Below are positions 28,561 through 42,365 of a stretch of 64,000 bases of DNA, one piece after another (position 1 is the first letter of the stretch; every line of letters starts with the position of its first letter). This stretch comes from Octopus sinensis. Its lineage: Eukaryota. Where the stretch lies: NCBI RefSeq assembly GCF_006345805.1, contig NC_043008.1:42842001-42906000 (forward strand). The letters are read 5' to 3'. Made by a program: the position numbers and the translations under genes. The notes under the pieces are model-generated. The model was given only the letters and a program-made list of their open reading frames with translations. It did no database searches and was not told where the DNA came from.

Positions 28561-29625
28561 AAAAATACTTCGTCCCTTAAAAGTTCCAACCTTTGGTACA
28601 ACTCCATTACACACCATAAGCGAACGATGAGGAAAATATGATAATTGCAGGGAAAAACTTACAAACCGGAGATGACGTTTGTTCAGTGTGCAGGAACTCA
28701 CTGGAGTTGAACCTGGAACCTGTGCAACAAGCTTCTTAATTTCACGGCAATGTTTGATCACTTTTGTTAATTAAAGTTCCTATACCTCACCTTGCATTTA
28801 CAATAATTCTCGTTCGTCATTTTCTGACAGTTTCCAAAGAAATTCAGCTCTTTGGTCTTTGGTGGGTCTGAAATATGAGGCACCATCTTCTAAGAAATCA
28901 TTCCTGTTTTTATTGAAAAACATAAATTTTAGGAAATAAATTCTATTTCTTCTGTGGAATTATCTCATTCTAAAAAGACAATTTCTCTTCTAAGGATGAA
29001 AATGCATTGGAGACTAATTAACATATAATTAAGATATTTAATGACCGAAGAAGATTTCTTGGTGGTCATTCCAATTGTTAGAAATAGCAGCTAAATCGCC
29101 CTCATAATACAACCTTACCGACTTCAAAATGCAGAAACACATCGGTTCATGTAAACCTAGATACACAATGACCGAAATAAGAATGTGATGGTTCAGGTTA
29201 GAAGCCCTAAGGATACAGGTTTGGTCAATCAAGGATGTGATGCAGCTAAACAACATCCCAAAGCTTTCTTAATTAGTGTTTTTTAAATTCCAAAATGGCT
29301 GAGAAGGCTTTGAGATTTGATCTTTGGTATTAGATTTGAAACATTTATTAAAATAAAGAATTAAACATCTCACCTGAAATGCTTGACACGATATAACAAC
29401 TGCAACAGCAAAGTTAATTATCGTCTAAATGAACGGATGTGTTGGATGAAATGTCTTGGCTGCCGATAAATAAATATATATATATTATAATATATATATA
29501 TATATATATATAATACATACATGTATTATGTGTGTGTGCGTGTGTGTGTGTGTGTGTGCGTGACCGCGTATTTATCGTTGGCGATTTTTCCTCCGTCTTC
29601 CTTTCCTTGGATCTTTCCTTTTTCT

Positions 29626-29660
29626 GCTTCTGACGAAGAGCTCCGCTCGAAACGTTAAAT
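29626..29660 (+). ncRNA. Minimal type I hammerhead motif in a PLE-like element (~29560-29752)
   Basis: GCTT CTGACGA A GAGC TCC GCTC GAAA CG TT AAAT; canonical core, perfect 4-bp stem II, ACGT palindrome, weak stem I. Confidence 0.7.
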
Positions 29661-29775
29661 CCTCCTGCTTTCTTTCCTTTTCTGAGCGTCCAATAACACT
29701 ATACTTGTTCCACGTCCTCACGTTATTGTGTTTTCATGTTTGGATTAACTATATATATATATATACACACAGACC

Positions 29776-29937
29776 TCTGCCGTTACGTTCTGAGTTCAAA
29801 TTCCGCAAAGGTTGACTTTGCCTTTCATCCTTTCGGAGTCGATAAATTCAGTACCAGCTGCATACTGGGGTCGATCTAATCGACTTCCCCTGTCCCCACA
29901 AATTTCGGGGCTTGAGCCCAGAGTAGAAAAGATTATT
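29776..29937 (+). mobile_element. 5'-truncated Meta-like SINE
   Basis: Matches the 17215-17549 family. Confidence 0.8.
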
Positions 29938-31228
29938 TGAGACATTTCTGATAGATCCGTGGAGGATGTGATGGCCTCATATTGTTTTTCTATTTTACCA
30001 TGTTATATTCACAATTAATATCCCAACAACGACTGTACTGTACAGAGTTATATCCTTAACAAAAATACTTACACCTCATTCTACCATTTTGTTTTTACTA
30101 GTAAACTTCGAACTTACTTATCATCGTATATCTAGCACTAGAATGCCCACAACTGTATTATATCGTAATTTTAAATAAAAACAGATCCCAGATTTATTGT
30201 ATTCTATCTTGTTACATTTACAGGACAAATACTGTACGAATTCTCTCATGCTGCTATATCTACAACGCCAAACTCTACATTAATTGTATTGCAAAACCCG
30301 ACACCCGACATTTACAGTTTTATATTATACGGACAAGTGAAATACTCACACTTTGTCGTATAAACTCTTAGAGGACGAGAACTATTAGAATCAGATCAAG
30401 TGACAGACGCAATAATTGACATTGCCGAGTTCCGCCCCTTCTACATTGTGACTTCACACCTTCACAAAAGGCAACATAAGTTAAAAGAAGAACACACCAA
30501 ACATAAACTAAAACACCTCACACTTTTTGTTCTTGTCCTGAATTAATATTTAACAACTCAGACTGCCTCCAATTTTATCTAATTCTTAAGACAATTCTTG
30601 GAAATTCCGAATTATTGCCTGCAATAATTCCCATGTTCAACAATAAAAGTTCCAGACTAAATCTGAATATTTTATTAGAGACGAAAATAGCCGAATCGAT
30701 TGTTTTAAGCAACGACATCTCATCTCTCTCGTTTTTGCATTCTATAAATTTTGTTCGTCTTTTTTATTTTATTGAATTGTATTTGGAATAAGTAATCTCT
30801 CTCGCTTTCACTCTCTTTCTCTCTCTCCCCCTTTCTCTCACTCTCTCACTCTCTCTGCCTCTGTCTCTCTCTCTCTCGCATATTTTCAAACACTACCTTT
30901 AGCTATGCTAATGTTAAGAGTATGTGAGTTGCATAGAAGATAGAATGCGGTTAGAGAAGATATTTATAAGCCATCTACAGGAAACTAGGGCATTAGAGGG
31001 TATTAAATCTTTTCAACGACAACATCGGGTAACCATTAAAAAACTGTACCCTTGCAAAATGTACCAGGGTATGTTATCCTGGTAAAGCGCATCAATCTTT
31101 AAACAATATTCAATGAAATATTTGAACTCATTACTGCAAGCGAATGAACCAAGCGATATATGGAACAGGTAAAGCTTCTTGTTGTGCTAAGCTACATCTA
31201 CACATAATACATATATACATTTAAAGTA

Positions 31229-31455
31229 CCGTAAATCCTCGAGTATAGTCCGCCTTCGAGTATAATACGCAGGGGAAAGGCATTTTCGCGCCCGACATCA
31301 CAAAATGCGTCTGAATAAACATTGCCGGACAGCAAATAGAGATTCGGACATTGCTTAGAAAATATTTTTCACTTTTAACCTTGAATAGTACGCACTAGGG
31401 ATTTTGACCTTTAAATTTTGAGAAAAAAATGCGGATTATACTCGAGGATTTACGG
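31229..31455. mobile_element. Tc2/pogo-type (Tc1/mariner superfamily) MITE
   Basis: 25-bp TIRs CCGTAAATCCTCGAGTATA(G/A)TCCGC with one mismatch; TA target-site duplication on both sides. Confidence 0.9.
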
Positions 31456-32736
31456 TATATATTTTATATACATATAATTAAATGGAGCATCAGTATGACA
31501 AAGGTATTTTCAGACAGCACAAAACATAGTGACAGGGAAGCGTATATGTGACACTTTAGACAGGAGCATGTCCTCCCCCCATTTATTGTATATCTTTCAA
31601 CGTTTTTTAATGCAGATTTTGTTTCCACGTCTTTCGTATGACTTTGCTGTCATTGTCACAATGGTAACTTATTTCATTGGGTGAAAATAAGCTTATGTTT
31701 CCCCTTTATCAACCATATATTTCAATGGAGGTTAAATCTTGTTCCAGTTTCAACAATAAATCTTAATGGAGGTTAAATGACGATTGCGTTGATTCTGTTT
31801 TAATCAAAGTAATTTCTAGCCAAGCTAATTTCCAATAACCTTTACCGTGAAACGAAACTGTGTCCTGGGATTCCTCCTACCTACATTTTTCCTCCTATTC
31901 TACCAAACACGTTCTATTTTGAGGCGGTAAAAAGTGTTGCACACTGCCACCATTGATCCCAGTTGGCTTAGGTTCGCTTCCAGCTAGAAACTACGCACTT
32001 AAAATTTATTTCGCTTAAATAAATAAATAAGTAAATTTTCATATAATAAATAAATCGCAAGTAACAAGATTTAAATCTCACAAAAGGCAGTATAATCACT
32101 TTACTACTGTTCTGCTTTAATGATTTTCTTTCTAAAGATTCGGAATTTAAAGATAATACTCTTAAAAGGAGAAAGAAAGAAACGAGAAAGAAGAATCTAG
32201 AAAACAAAGCAAGGAAGAAATATTCCACGATATTCTATTGTTTTGCTTGAATTCTCTTTTAGTTTTAAGTCTTCTTCCCGCCAAATCCACTGCAATGGTT
32301 CAACTCAAGATGGCTTCTGTAAAGGATAGCTGTAGCAACGGAAGGTTAGAAGAACAAAAATATATGGAAATCAATTCAGTGCATTCAATGTTGAAGTCTA
32401 ATATTTACAATATATCTATGAACATGCCCTTTCCGTGGTTATATATTACATTTTCTGTATGAATATATAACACAACAACCACGTTAATACATATCAATAT
32501 ACACTTTTTCTAAAGAATGTATGTGCAGCACGGTGTGATATTATATTTGTGTATTCTGAGTTATGCATCCATCAACACATACATATTTTCTTGAAGCTAT
32601 CATTGTTGGTGTACCCAAACATATATTTGCTTCTCCTTAAATTTACATACGCGTGGAATTCCTTGTTAAAATCTACCGTACCGTTATATTTGTATATGTG
32701 TGTGTGTATATATATATATATATCTCATTGCCCACC

Positions 32737-32834
<98 letters not shown>

Positions 32835-33880
32835 AATCTTTCTTTCTTTCTTTCTCTCTCTCTATCTATCAACATATGGGTTCTTGACGTCTGTTTATTT
32901 CTGCTAATTCTTGGCTGAAATATAACCCACTGAAGCATAATTTCGTCTTAGGCAACGCATTTACAAAGCGGGAACAGACTGGATAAAACAAATAGATAAA
33001 TATGATGAACACTTACTTCAGGGATGGTATTTCTCCTGCGATACTTAACAACATCAAGCTGTCTATTAAAATTCACCGAACCAGACGACACTTTCTCTCC
33101 AATCTTATTGTAATATTCCTTACATACATCGTTCATTTTCACTTCACTTAGAATTGGTAAGCTACTCGATCAATGGCGCTCGCAAATGCAGAAGAATTCC
33201 ACATATGCTTTTGGTGTTAAGCAAAGGGATCGTTTTCTTTCTTATTCAACCAGTCTCCATACTGTCTAAAGAACCTTCCAGATCTTTGGCCGTTTTGATA
33301 ACTTTCCCCCTTTCTATGATGTTAGGTTTTTCAATTTTCTTTCTATGTTTGGAAAATTCCTTCATCATATCAACGCTGATGTATATACAAATCACTTGAA
33401 AAATGGAAAACGTTCATAGACATGTATATACATACAGACAAAACATATTCAAACACAATCATAACAAAAAAATAACCCCACACTCATATATATAAACACA
33501 TTCATACATACATATTTACATATAAATCATATATATATTTGTATAGTGTATATACATACACACACACACACACATATATACACACACACATATATATACA
33601 CATATGCTATATATACATATATGTTGGTGTGTGCATCTATATGTGTATATATATGGAGCGTATTTGATTTGTATATTCAGAAGTATGAATATTTGTATAT
33701 GTATGACAGTACATATACATATATACAAATATATATACATGCGTATACAGGTATGTACTTACGTACAGCACACACACCCAATCACACATGCACACACTTA
33801 TGTGTATGTACACGTATATATTCTTACATACATGTATTCAACCATGCATACATATACACATACATGCATACATACATACA

Positions 33881-33912
<32 letters not shown>

Positions 33913-34938
33913 ATATATAATATATATATATATATATATGCACACACACATGCATGACTATCCATATCCATGTCTGACTGTTTTTCTGTCAATCTATCTT
34001 TCTATTTCTCTGTCTGTCTGTCTATGTATGTATGTATGTATGTATGTATGTATGTATGTATGTATGTATCTATCTATCTATCTATTTCTTTCTCTCTCTC
34101 TCTCTCTTTCTATCTATCTATGCGCACACACGTATGTATAGAATACATGAAGACCGACGTTTGTGGCCGAAGTATTAAATAAATCATATTTTATTCTTCT
34201 AGAAACTTATTGCTTTTCATGGTATAATTTCCACAAATTTGCAGAAAAGTTCTTCAGCCAAAATACCATATTTTCTACTTTTGCGTGAATGAGCATTTGT
34301 CTATGAATTTCAACGCGTTTCACTTTTAGAAAACAGTTTGAGAAATTCTTTAAAATAGCGACAGAAGTGGCAATCGAGACTCTTAACAGAAATCTTGGTA
34401 AACCAACAATTCTTAGAACGATCTCTACCAAAAGTTTCGTACTGCGTATTAACAAACATCATGGATAATTCTCATATCGTTTTACAGTCCTTCGATGTTT
34501 TAGAAGTGCTGCTCAAATATACAGTGAGAGAGATATGTAACGACAGAGGGGAATTTTGCAGTAGGGACGACATCTGCATACAAAACAAACTGTTAAGTCA
34601 ATACTAACATACGTTTTTAATAACTGCATTCATGTATATTTGCACTGCTATTAGGAATTGAGTGTCGTAATGTCTTTCTTTTATGCTGGCTATAAAATAG
34701 GAAATATATACATGCTAGAAGTGCCCCCCACACACGCCGTCCCCAATTATCTAAGACAGTTTTGCAGGGTCCTAAAGGGAACCTGGCTCTTCAGGGGCCT
34801 GTGAAACTTGAAGCAACACGGAACCGAATCAAATTGTTTTAAATAATACTTGTAACTCCTACGAAATGTGTTGAGTGCACTTTTCTTTTGTTTGTCCACT
34901 CACTCATATATATATATATATATATATATACATACAAA

Positions 34939-35295
34939 CTCAGACACCTCCTAGACCTTCGACCCAACCTCCAACTTGACAGTACCACACTTCTTCATCT
35001 AGCCGAACTTGTTCTCTCCATCAACTGCTTCTCGTTCGCGGGGGAGTTTTACCAACAGATCTCTCGGGAGTAGCCATGGGAACGAGAATAGGCCCCCAAC
35101 TATGCGAACCTATTTGTTGGCTACATTGAAACCCAAATATTCTCACGATTCACTGGTCCCACTCCCGAACGATACGGTCGTTATATTGATGACTGTATCG
35201 GTGCGACCTCACTCTCCCGAGAACAACTAGAGTCTTTCCTCTATTTTGTCCAATCCTTCCATCCTGCCCTCGAATTCTCCTGCACTATTTCCAAT
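34939..35295 (+). pseudogene. Penelope-like element reverse transcriptase fragment
   Basis: LRHLLDLRP..TTLLHLAELVLSINCFSFAGEFYQQIS / GVAMGTRIGP / NYANLFVGYIE..GPTPERYGRYIDDCIG..FVQSFHPALEFS. Two +1 frameshifts; PLE-type G.AMG and YIDD motifs; begins at (TA)n. Confidence 0.92.
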
Positions 35296-36908
35296 TTGGA
35301 CCCAAAGTCTAAGCTGGACAGAACATGGAGCGAAGCCTCACCACACGCACAGACTACAAAGTAACAAATTTAATAAGAATATTAGAAAGGGATACACTTT
35401 ACAAGGGACCAGTCAACTTGTCAATATTTGCCAACAAGTTATAAAAGAAAAAAAAAGAATTTTTTAAGGGTTTTGTTAGTGTTGAGGGGCTCATTTATGT
35501 TTAATTACTATTGATATTGTGTAATGCTAGTTCAAATCTGATTGACCGGGTCTATAATCGAAGGTGGTCCCATCATCACAATCCGGGCATTTTGTTATTT
35601 CGGACATTTTGCAATGTGTCCTTCATTCTTTTTTTAAAGGTGATAAAGAGTTTTTTTTTAAGGGGAATTTACCTTCTGTTTTTATATAACTGAGCGATCG
35701 TAATACACTTCACACTCTAAAGAATCTCTCGTCACTTCACGTTTTGGAGGTTCCACTTTTGTAGAAATATTTCACACCTAAACATAAATCCAGTGCCAAG
35801 TCGATGATTACAATGTTTTTTTTCTTTGCTTTTGTTTTGTCTTTATTTAAAACAATTTTTTTTACTTGTTTTTGTATTTCTGTTTATTATTAATTCTACT
35901 TTCCTCACCAAAGCCTCTTCACTGTCAAAGTTATAAATATTTGAAATCCGATTAAAACCAGAGTAAGACACATAAAACAAAATCTAATTCAGACTTGGTT
36001 TTTCAAGTGTTGTTGTTGTTGTTGTTGTTGGTGGTGGTGGTGTTGGTGGTTGGTGGTTGGTGGTAATTGTGGTATGGAGAGATAAAAAGTTATAAGACAA
36101 TGGTTGTTATTCGCCAATGGATTAATAACTGGTAGAGCAGGTTTCTTCAAACAGGCACGGATAGCTGATTTCTGTAATGGCAATATCAAGGCAAGGAATC
36201 ACTGTTCGAGAAATAATATGGTATTGATTAGATTTGTAACTCGAAGTGGCCGGAAGAACAGTGACAAACTTCACTGCCAAGAGGCTACTCTTGGAATCCT
36301 CGTAACTGTAAAAATCGGTTTAGTGCTCGAGGCCGATACCAACGCATATACACAAACACCCACAAGCACATACACACTCGGTTTCTCTCTCATGTACATA
36401 CTTTCATACGGCGCCTCACACATACGCTTCTATGAAAGGATATATATACACACAGATACAGTCATGCACACATGCGTGCACACACATACATGCACACACA
36501 CACACACATACATACAATATACACATCAAAACTGCGCTGCGCATCTTTTCATTTCTTTCTACGAAAAGTAAATTTTCCGTGTGAGATAAACCCGCAATTT
36601 AAACGCCATCGTGAAAAATTACGTGGTTACGCCATTGGTCTAAGATTTCTACAGATTGTAAAAGAAATCGATCCGCCTAATTTTAGGTTTATGTCTTGTG
36701 ACTTAACAGTTCGACAGATGGATATCGATCTATAAGTACGAACCTTAATTGTAAGTGCAGAGATCGATATTATCGGCCAAACCATTGAAAGTGGTGCGGG
36801 TCAATGATCAAATCCAGCAAAAAATGGGAAATAACTGTAACTTCAGTGAATTTGCCTTTAGAAGTGAATATACGTATATGTGTGTATGTATATGTGTATG
36901 TATATCTA

Positions 36909-36994
<86 letters not shown>

Positions 36995-37336
36995 AATCTT
37001 CCCCCGTATGTATTGTGGACCACATAAAGATATTCATTAGAAAAATCAATCATACATGGATGAAACCGTTATGTATTGTAAGTTAAAAAGATTTAATATA
37101 TTGAAATGAAATATTACACCGGTTTTTATCTCGTTAATTTGTCTTAAAAGATTATAATAATTCTCTATGGTCTTGTGCACTTTCACCCATTTTTTTTGTT
37201 TTTATACACACATACTCACACGCACACACGCATATATATGATGTATATATATATATATAATATATATATATATATTATATAAATTTGTACGTATGTATAT
37301 GTTAATATATACACCCACCCACGCACACACACATGC

Positions 37337-37399
<63 letters not shown>

Positions 37400-38265
37400 A
37401 TATATATACCAGTCATATAGTGGTGTTGAGCCTATCTATATAAGAGTTTACAGTTATTAATCGACATCCATAGCTTTCTTCTATCTTCATGTTCTCATGA
37501 ACAAAGAACTTTCACTCAACTTTTACTCTTTCATTCTACCAGAAATTAATTGAGTATAAGCTGTTATCCAACGTCCTCCGCTTCACTTGTTACTACAGCC
37601 TTGTCTCAGTTAATCTAAGACAGCTTATTCAACGGCTGTAAGAGTTGTTTGCACACCACTGCAAAACTCCGATATCTGAAGGTCATTTTTCTTGATCCAT
37701 CAGCTGGGAATGTTATCAAAAGGTGTCAGTCGGCCTCGCTGTTTATTGAACTGAACAATTAAGTAAAGCAAAACAGCAAATAACATCATTTTAAACTGGG
37801 AAGTGTGGGATGTACTTTAGTTTCTGTTGTAAGTTCGATGATATTTGATAAGAGTAAATATTCTCGATTTTATTGACTGCTGCCAACGAAACAGGAGCAG
37901 TAAAAAAACACAAGAACAGAGAAGGTGGTGAAGTGACCGGATAATTCTCGGAGCTAATTAGTATTGATTATTTATGCTTTCTAAGAATCACAAAGACTAA
38001 ACAACACAATTTTCAAAATGGAAGGAGACCATTAATGTAGGCGATGAGATTTTTGCTCTCAGTACATGAAATAATAATTCGTCTCATAGTGAAATCAATT
38101 GTATTTTACTAAATAGCTTCAACGATAAAAAAACTATTTTTAGAATGCTAAATATGCCCCAGCATGGCCGCAGTTGAATGAGTGAAACAAGAAAATGAAT
38201 GAATGAGTAAAAGTTTTAACAGTTAAATATTACTGGTTAGAAAAAAAGATGTTTAATCTCATTCG

Positions 38266-38387
<122 letters not shown>

Positions 38388-39438
38388 ACGAGAGAGAGAA
38401 TGTGCAACTGTCGTTATTATTTGAAAGCAAGTTAAGGCGGTTAGGGTTTTGGGAAGCCTAATTTCTCGAGAATGGTACTTAGGCAGTATGTTACATATCC
38501 CAGTGCCCCAGTAATTACAGGTATAAACCTGAACTTGTAATCTGGAAAGAGTAACTTCAGATTTCTCAATAGTTCAGCGTAGGTGTTCTCTTTTTCTGTC
38601 TTTCTGTCTGTCTGTCTGTATGTATGTATGTTTGTATGTATGTGTGTTTGTATGTATGTGTGTTAATGTACGTAGATAATGCCTCTAGGATGTATGCCTG
38701 CGCTGAACATTTTACGAGGTTTTTCCACCGCAGTTTCTATAACCGTTTTTTACTCGGAAAATAGTTGGTTTCGTTACGTCTGTTCGTTACGGCTGACTTT
38801 GTATCTAACACCACATGATAAATGAACCATTGGGAAATATACGTGACGCAACTCCTGGTCGCATGACTAATCCGCCTCACACGCAGAGCGTTGATTAGAC
38901 AGAAAAAAACTCCAGCTTGTCAAAGATACACAACTCGTGTCGTGTCCGATACCCCACCATGGGAATTTATATTGAACTCTCAAAGACTTGTAATTTTTAA
39001 CATCTCACACTTTCTATTTATAAACTTTCGAAGGAATAACAAGCAGCAACAATATCCTAGCAGCCTGGCTTTAAGCGCTGTTGAGTTTCAAAACTCTCCG
39101 AAGGTTAGAATTGTAGTTAGCAAGTGTCTTTGTTCATGGAGCGACATTTATGTTAACAGAGAAACAGTGAACACCTCAATAACTTGCAGCCTTCTTTAGT
39201 TTATAACGGAAGAGTCCGTCAGAGACATGATACGAATGTACACACACACATACGTACATACATACATACATACATACATACATACATACATACATACATA
39301 CATACATACATACACACATATATACATACTTGCATACGTACAAACACCTCCCCCCACACACTTACACACACATATATCTTTTTCGTACACGAGAAAAACG
39401 ATGACAAAAGACTAAAAGATTATCTCATGAACTTCATT

Positions 39439-39519
39439 AGCTTACAGCTGTTTCCACCATAAGATGCAGTGGACTCATAGTTGAGTGCCTGAGTAACGCC
39501 TTACAGCCTCATCAGAGCC
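39439..39519 (-). ncRNA. Type I hammerhead motif with long stem II
   Basis: Minus strand: GGCT CTGATGA G GCTGTAAG..CTTATGGT G GAAA CAGCTG TA AGCT; intact core, palindromic ACAGCTGT stem III, GUA site. Confidence 0.72.
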
Positions 39520-39773
39520 TCAAAGATTAAGTGTTCTACACCAGATCATTAGTATCGCAATGCCTGAATAAAATGATAAAATACACGCATATATATATAT
39601 ATATATATTATATATAATATATATAATATATATATATATATACATGTGTGTGTGTGTGTGTTTGTGTGTGTATGTATATATATAATATCTGTATGTACAC
39701 ACATATATCTATATATATATATATTTATATATTTATGTTTACTGTACAGACACTTACACACATAATATATATG

Positions 39774-39806
<33 letters not shown>

Positions 39807-39841
39807 TATATATACATTATATATATATATATATATACATA

Positions 39842-39874
<33 letters not shown>

Positions 39875-39917
39875 TACACACACACACACATATATAATAT
39901 ATATAAATATTATGTAG

Positions 39918-40232
39918 TGTAGTCATTGGTCATAGCCGGTCAGTAAGTTACCATTGGCTTCAGGACTGTTATTCCTTTTAGCAATATAGGTGACTCAGCA
40001 GCAGATCTAATTGGACGGAGGCAGACACAATCTCTCTGATAATGGAGGTAAGAATAGAGTCTTAGTCATCATGGTGGGGGAAAAAGAGATTCTGAAACGA
40101 AATGCATCTCCTTTCTGATCAAAACTACCGTTATCTTACCTGCAGATCTGACGAGTCACCTATTTTGCCAAGAGCAAAAATAGGCGTGAAACCATTGGTA
40201 ACTTTCTGACAGGCCATAACCAACGACTACAT
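39918..40232. mobile_element. Fold-back PLE-like element with ~90-bp inverted arms, each carrying a hammerhead motif
   Basis: 39918-40008 is the imperfect reverse complement of 40143-40232. Right arm: CTGACGA GTCA CCTATTTTGC CAAGA GCAAAAATAGG CGT GAAA CCATTGG TA (40148-40200). Confidence 0.7.
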
Positions 40233-40335
40233 AAAATATTATTGTTGAATAAAATTTGCAGAGTGTTTTTTTCGGGCTTATGAACAATAACTGACCTACA
40301 TATATTATATATATATATATATATATAATATATAT

Positions 40336-40393
<58 letters not shown>

Positions 40394-40409
40394 TATTTAT
40401 ATATATATA

Positions 40410-40895
40410 TCGCTGCTGTCTCTCTCCCCTGGCTCTCTCAAGGTAATGGACGACATTCTTTTTGCTCCGCTCGTCGTCCACAAAAAATTCTGCGTTTGCA
40501 ATACTTTTTTTTTCGTTCGGCGTTAACAGCCCTTCTTATCTTGTTTTTCCTTGTCCTGTCTTTTACTGTTTACAATTTGTACTGTCGTTACTGTCCTGTT
40601 ACCATTTTTTACCCCTCTGCGAAAGATCTCAGAATTTTAATTGATTTGCTTTTCGCAGGAAGGAAAGTTTTCTTGTCGAAGATACGTCTCGCTTTTATCC
40701 TTCGAAACGTAGAGTAGATGAAACCTTTAGCGACTGAAGAAGGGGTTTGTTCTTTGTGTTAATTGTCCTGTACTCTATTTTTTTTGCTGTTTTTAAAAAA
40801 TGTCCAGTTCCTTTGGTTTTTGTCTATGTTTTCGTTTCTCATTGTGTTGGACGTCCTTTTGGTGTCCTGTACTCATTATGCGTGTATATGTACAT
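40410..40895 (+). mobile_element. PLE-like terminal element in (TA)n carrying a rearranged hammerhead (family M)
   Basis: TA-flanked; same layout as the 48440-49306 elements (TTTGC..GCAGG/GCGGG..TCGAA..CGAAA..CTGANGAAGGG..GTCCTGT). Confidence 0.6.
40664..40745 (+). ncRNA. Candidate non-circularly permuted hammerhead ribozyme (family M)
   Basis: TACGT C TCGCT (40683-93), CTTC GAA ACGTA (40700-11), AGCGA CTGAAGA A GGGG (40729-45). Stems III and I are perfect 5 bp, stem II is 4 bp with G.U, GUC site; extra helix AAAGTTTTC/GAAACCTTT. Confidence 0.75.
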
Positions 40896-40981
40896 GTAGA
40901 GGTAGGTACGTACATATATGTTATATATATATGCTTATTTTTATTTATTTTATTTATTTATTATGTTTTATTTTATTATTA

Positions 40982-41012
<31 letters not shown>

Positions 41013-41047
41013 ATATATATATATCAAATATATATATATATGTATAC

Positions 41048-41079
<32 letters not shown>

Positions 41080-41664
41080 TGTGTGGTGTGTGTGTGTGTG
41101 TATTTATATATGTATATATATGTATGTGTGTGTGTGTCTGTATATATATATGTGTTGTGTGTGTGTGTGTGTGTGCATACTTTCACAAACAAGTATCTAT
41201 CTGGAAGATTATGTTAAAAATTGCGGTCAGACATTGAACGATTACCCCAAAATCAAAGATCCATTAGATTCCATCAGCACAGCAGACATTCTTCCCTGTT
41301 GTTATAATGGTTGTGGTATCATACAAAATAAAAGAATGACCCTACCCCCTCGTAGAATAATTTCATAATTCCATAATTCCATTTTAAAACAAAACTTCTT
41401 GGATAATACATTTTGAAAGCCATTTGTTATAAAATGCTTATTTTTTTTTGCACATTTTGTTTGTACTATTTTTGATTTAATGTTCATCTCGTGTGTTTGA
41501 ACTGGAAATGTGTAACTATCTTGAATTAGTGTTGTAACCTTTAAATCTGGGTTTTATCTCTGCGGTGTTTGGTTGCTGCCAGCTAATGGAAATATCATTA
41601 ACAACAACAAAAGAAGCAGCGTAGAAAGACTCCCCGAGATCAATTGATTTTGTGTGAGGATGGG

Positions 41665-42365
41665 GGAATGTCGTTGTGATTGGGGACTTTCAACATATGT
41701 GTGTGTGTATTTGTATGTGTGCACGTCCAATACATATGTATGTGTATGTGTATGTGTGAACGTACGGTTGTGATTGTGGTTGTTCAATGTTTACACGTGT
41801 GTGTATGTGTACACGTGTGTGTATGTGTACACGTGTGTGTATGTGTACACGTGTGTTAATGTGAATGGGTGTGTGTATGTGAATGGGTGTGTGTTTGTGT
41901 ATGTGTGAAGTAGATATAGTTGTGATTGTGGACTTTCAATTTATGTGTGTGTTTGTATGTGTGCGTGATGTGTGTATGTGTGCACGTCCAATACGTATGT
42001 GCGTGTATGTGTGTGTGTGTGTGAATGTACCGTTGTGATTGTGGTTGTTCAATGTATACACGTGTGTGTTTGTGTATGTGTGAAGCAGGTATAGTTGTGA
42101 TTGTGGACTTCTGTGTGTTTGTATGTGTGAATGTGTGTATGCGTGATGGCATCTGTGAGCGTTCAATACATTTGTGTGTGTGCGTGTGAATGTGTAGTTG
42201 TGATTGTAGATGTTCAACATGTGTTTATGTGTGTGTATGTTTGTGTGTGCGCTCGTGTATTTGCATGTATGTTTGAAGTTGGTATAGCTGTTATTATGAA
42301 CCTTCAATATGTGTGCGTGTGTTTGTGTGAGAATATGTGTCGCTGAGATTTTCAACATTCAATGT
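41665..42365. repeat. Degenerate minisatellite (GTTGTGATTGTGG..TTCAAT units with GT-rich spacers), including three perfect 18-bp repeats
   Basis: Unit motif at ~41672, 41767, 41919, 42032, 42095, 42197, weaker at 42288 and 42340; TACACGTGTGTGTATGTG x3 at ~41792-41845. Confidence 0.8.

Noticed and set aside
32948-33400. Possible minus-strand exon ending at GAA|GTAAGT (~33015)
   Set aside because: Stops occur in all frames over the segment, there is no recognisable domain, and no partner exons were found; RNA-seq would be needed.
34207-34607. Short ORFs and a CKIPLC kringle-like string on minus
   Set aside because: Too short and interrupted by stops; likely chance.
40699-40745. Initial reading as a conventional type II hammerhead (GAAAC..GUA..CUGAAGA)
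   Set aside because: No stem I can form between GUA and CUGA; the upstream TACGT-C-TCGCT gives perfect stems I and III, favouring the rearranged model.
41665-42365. CRISPR-like repeat-spacer appearance
   Set aside because: Eukaryotic context, degenerate repeats, low-complexity spacers of variable length, and no cas genes.
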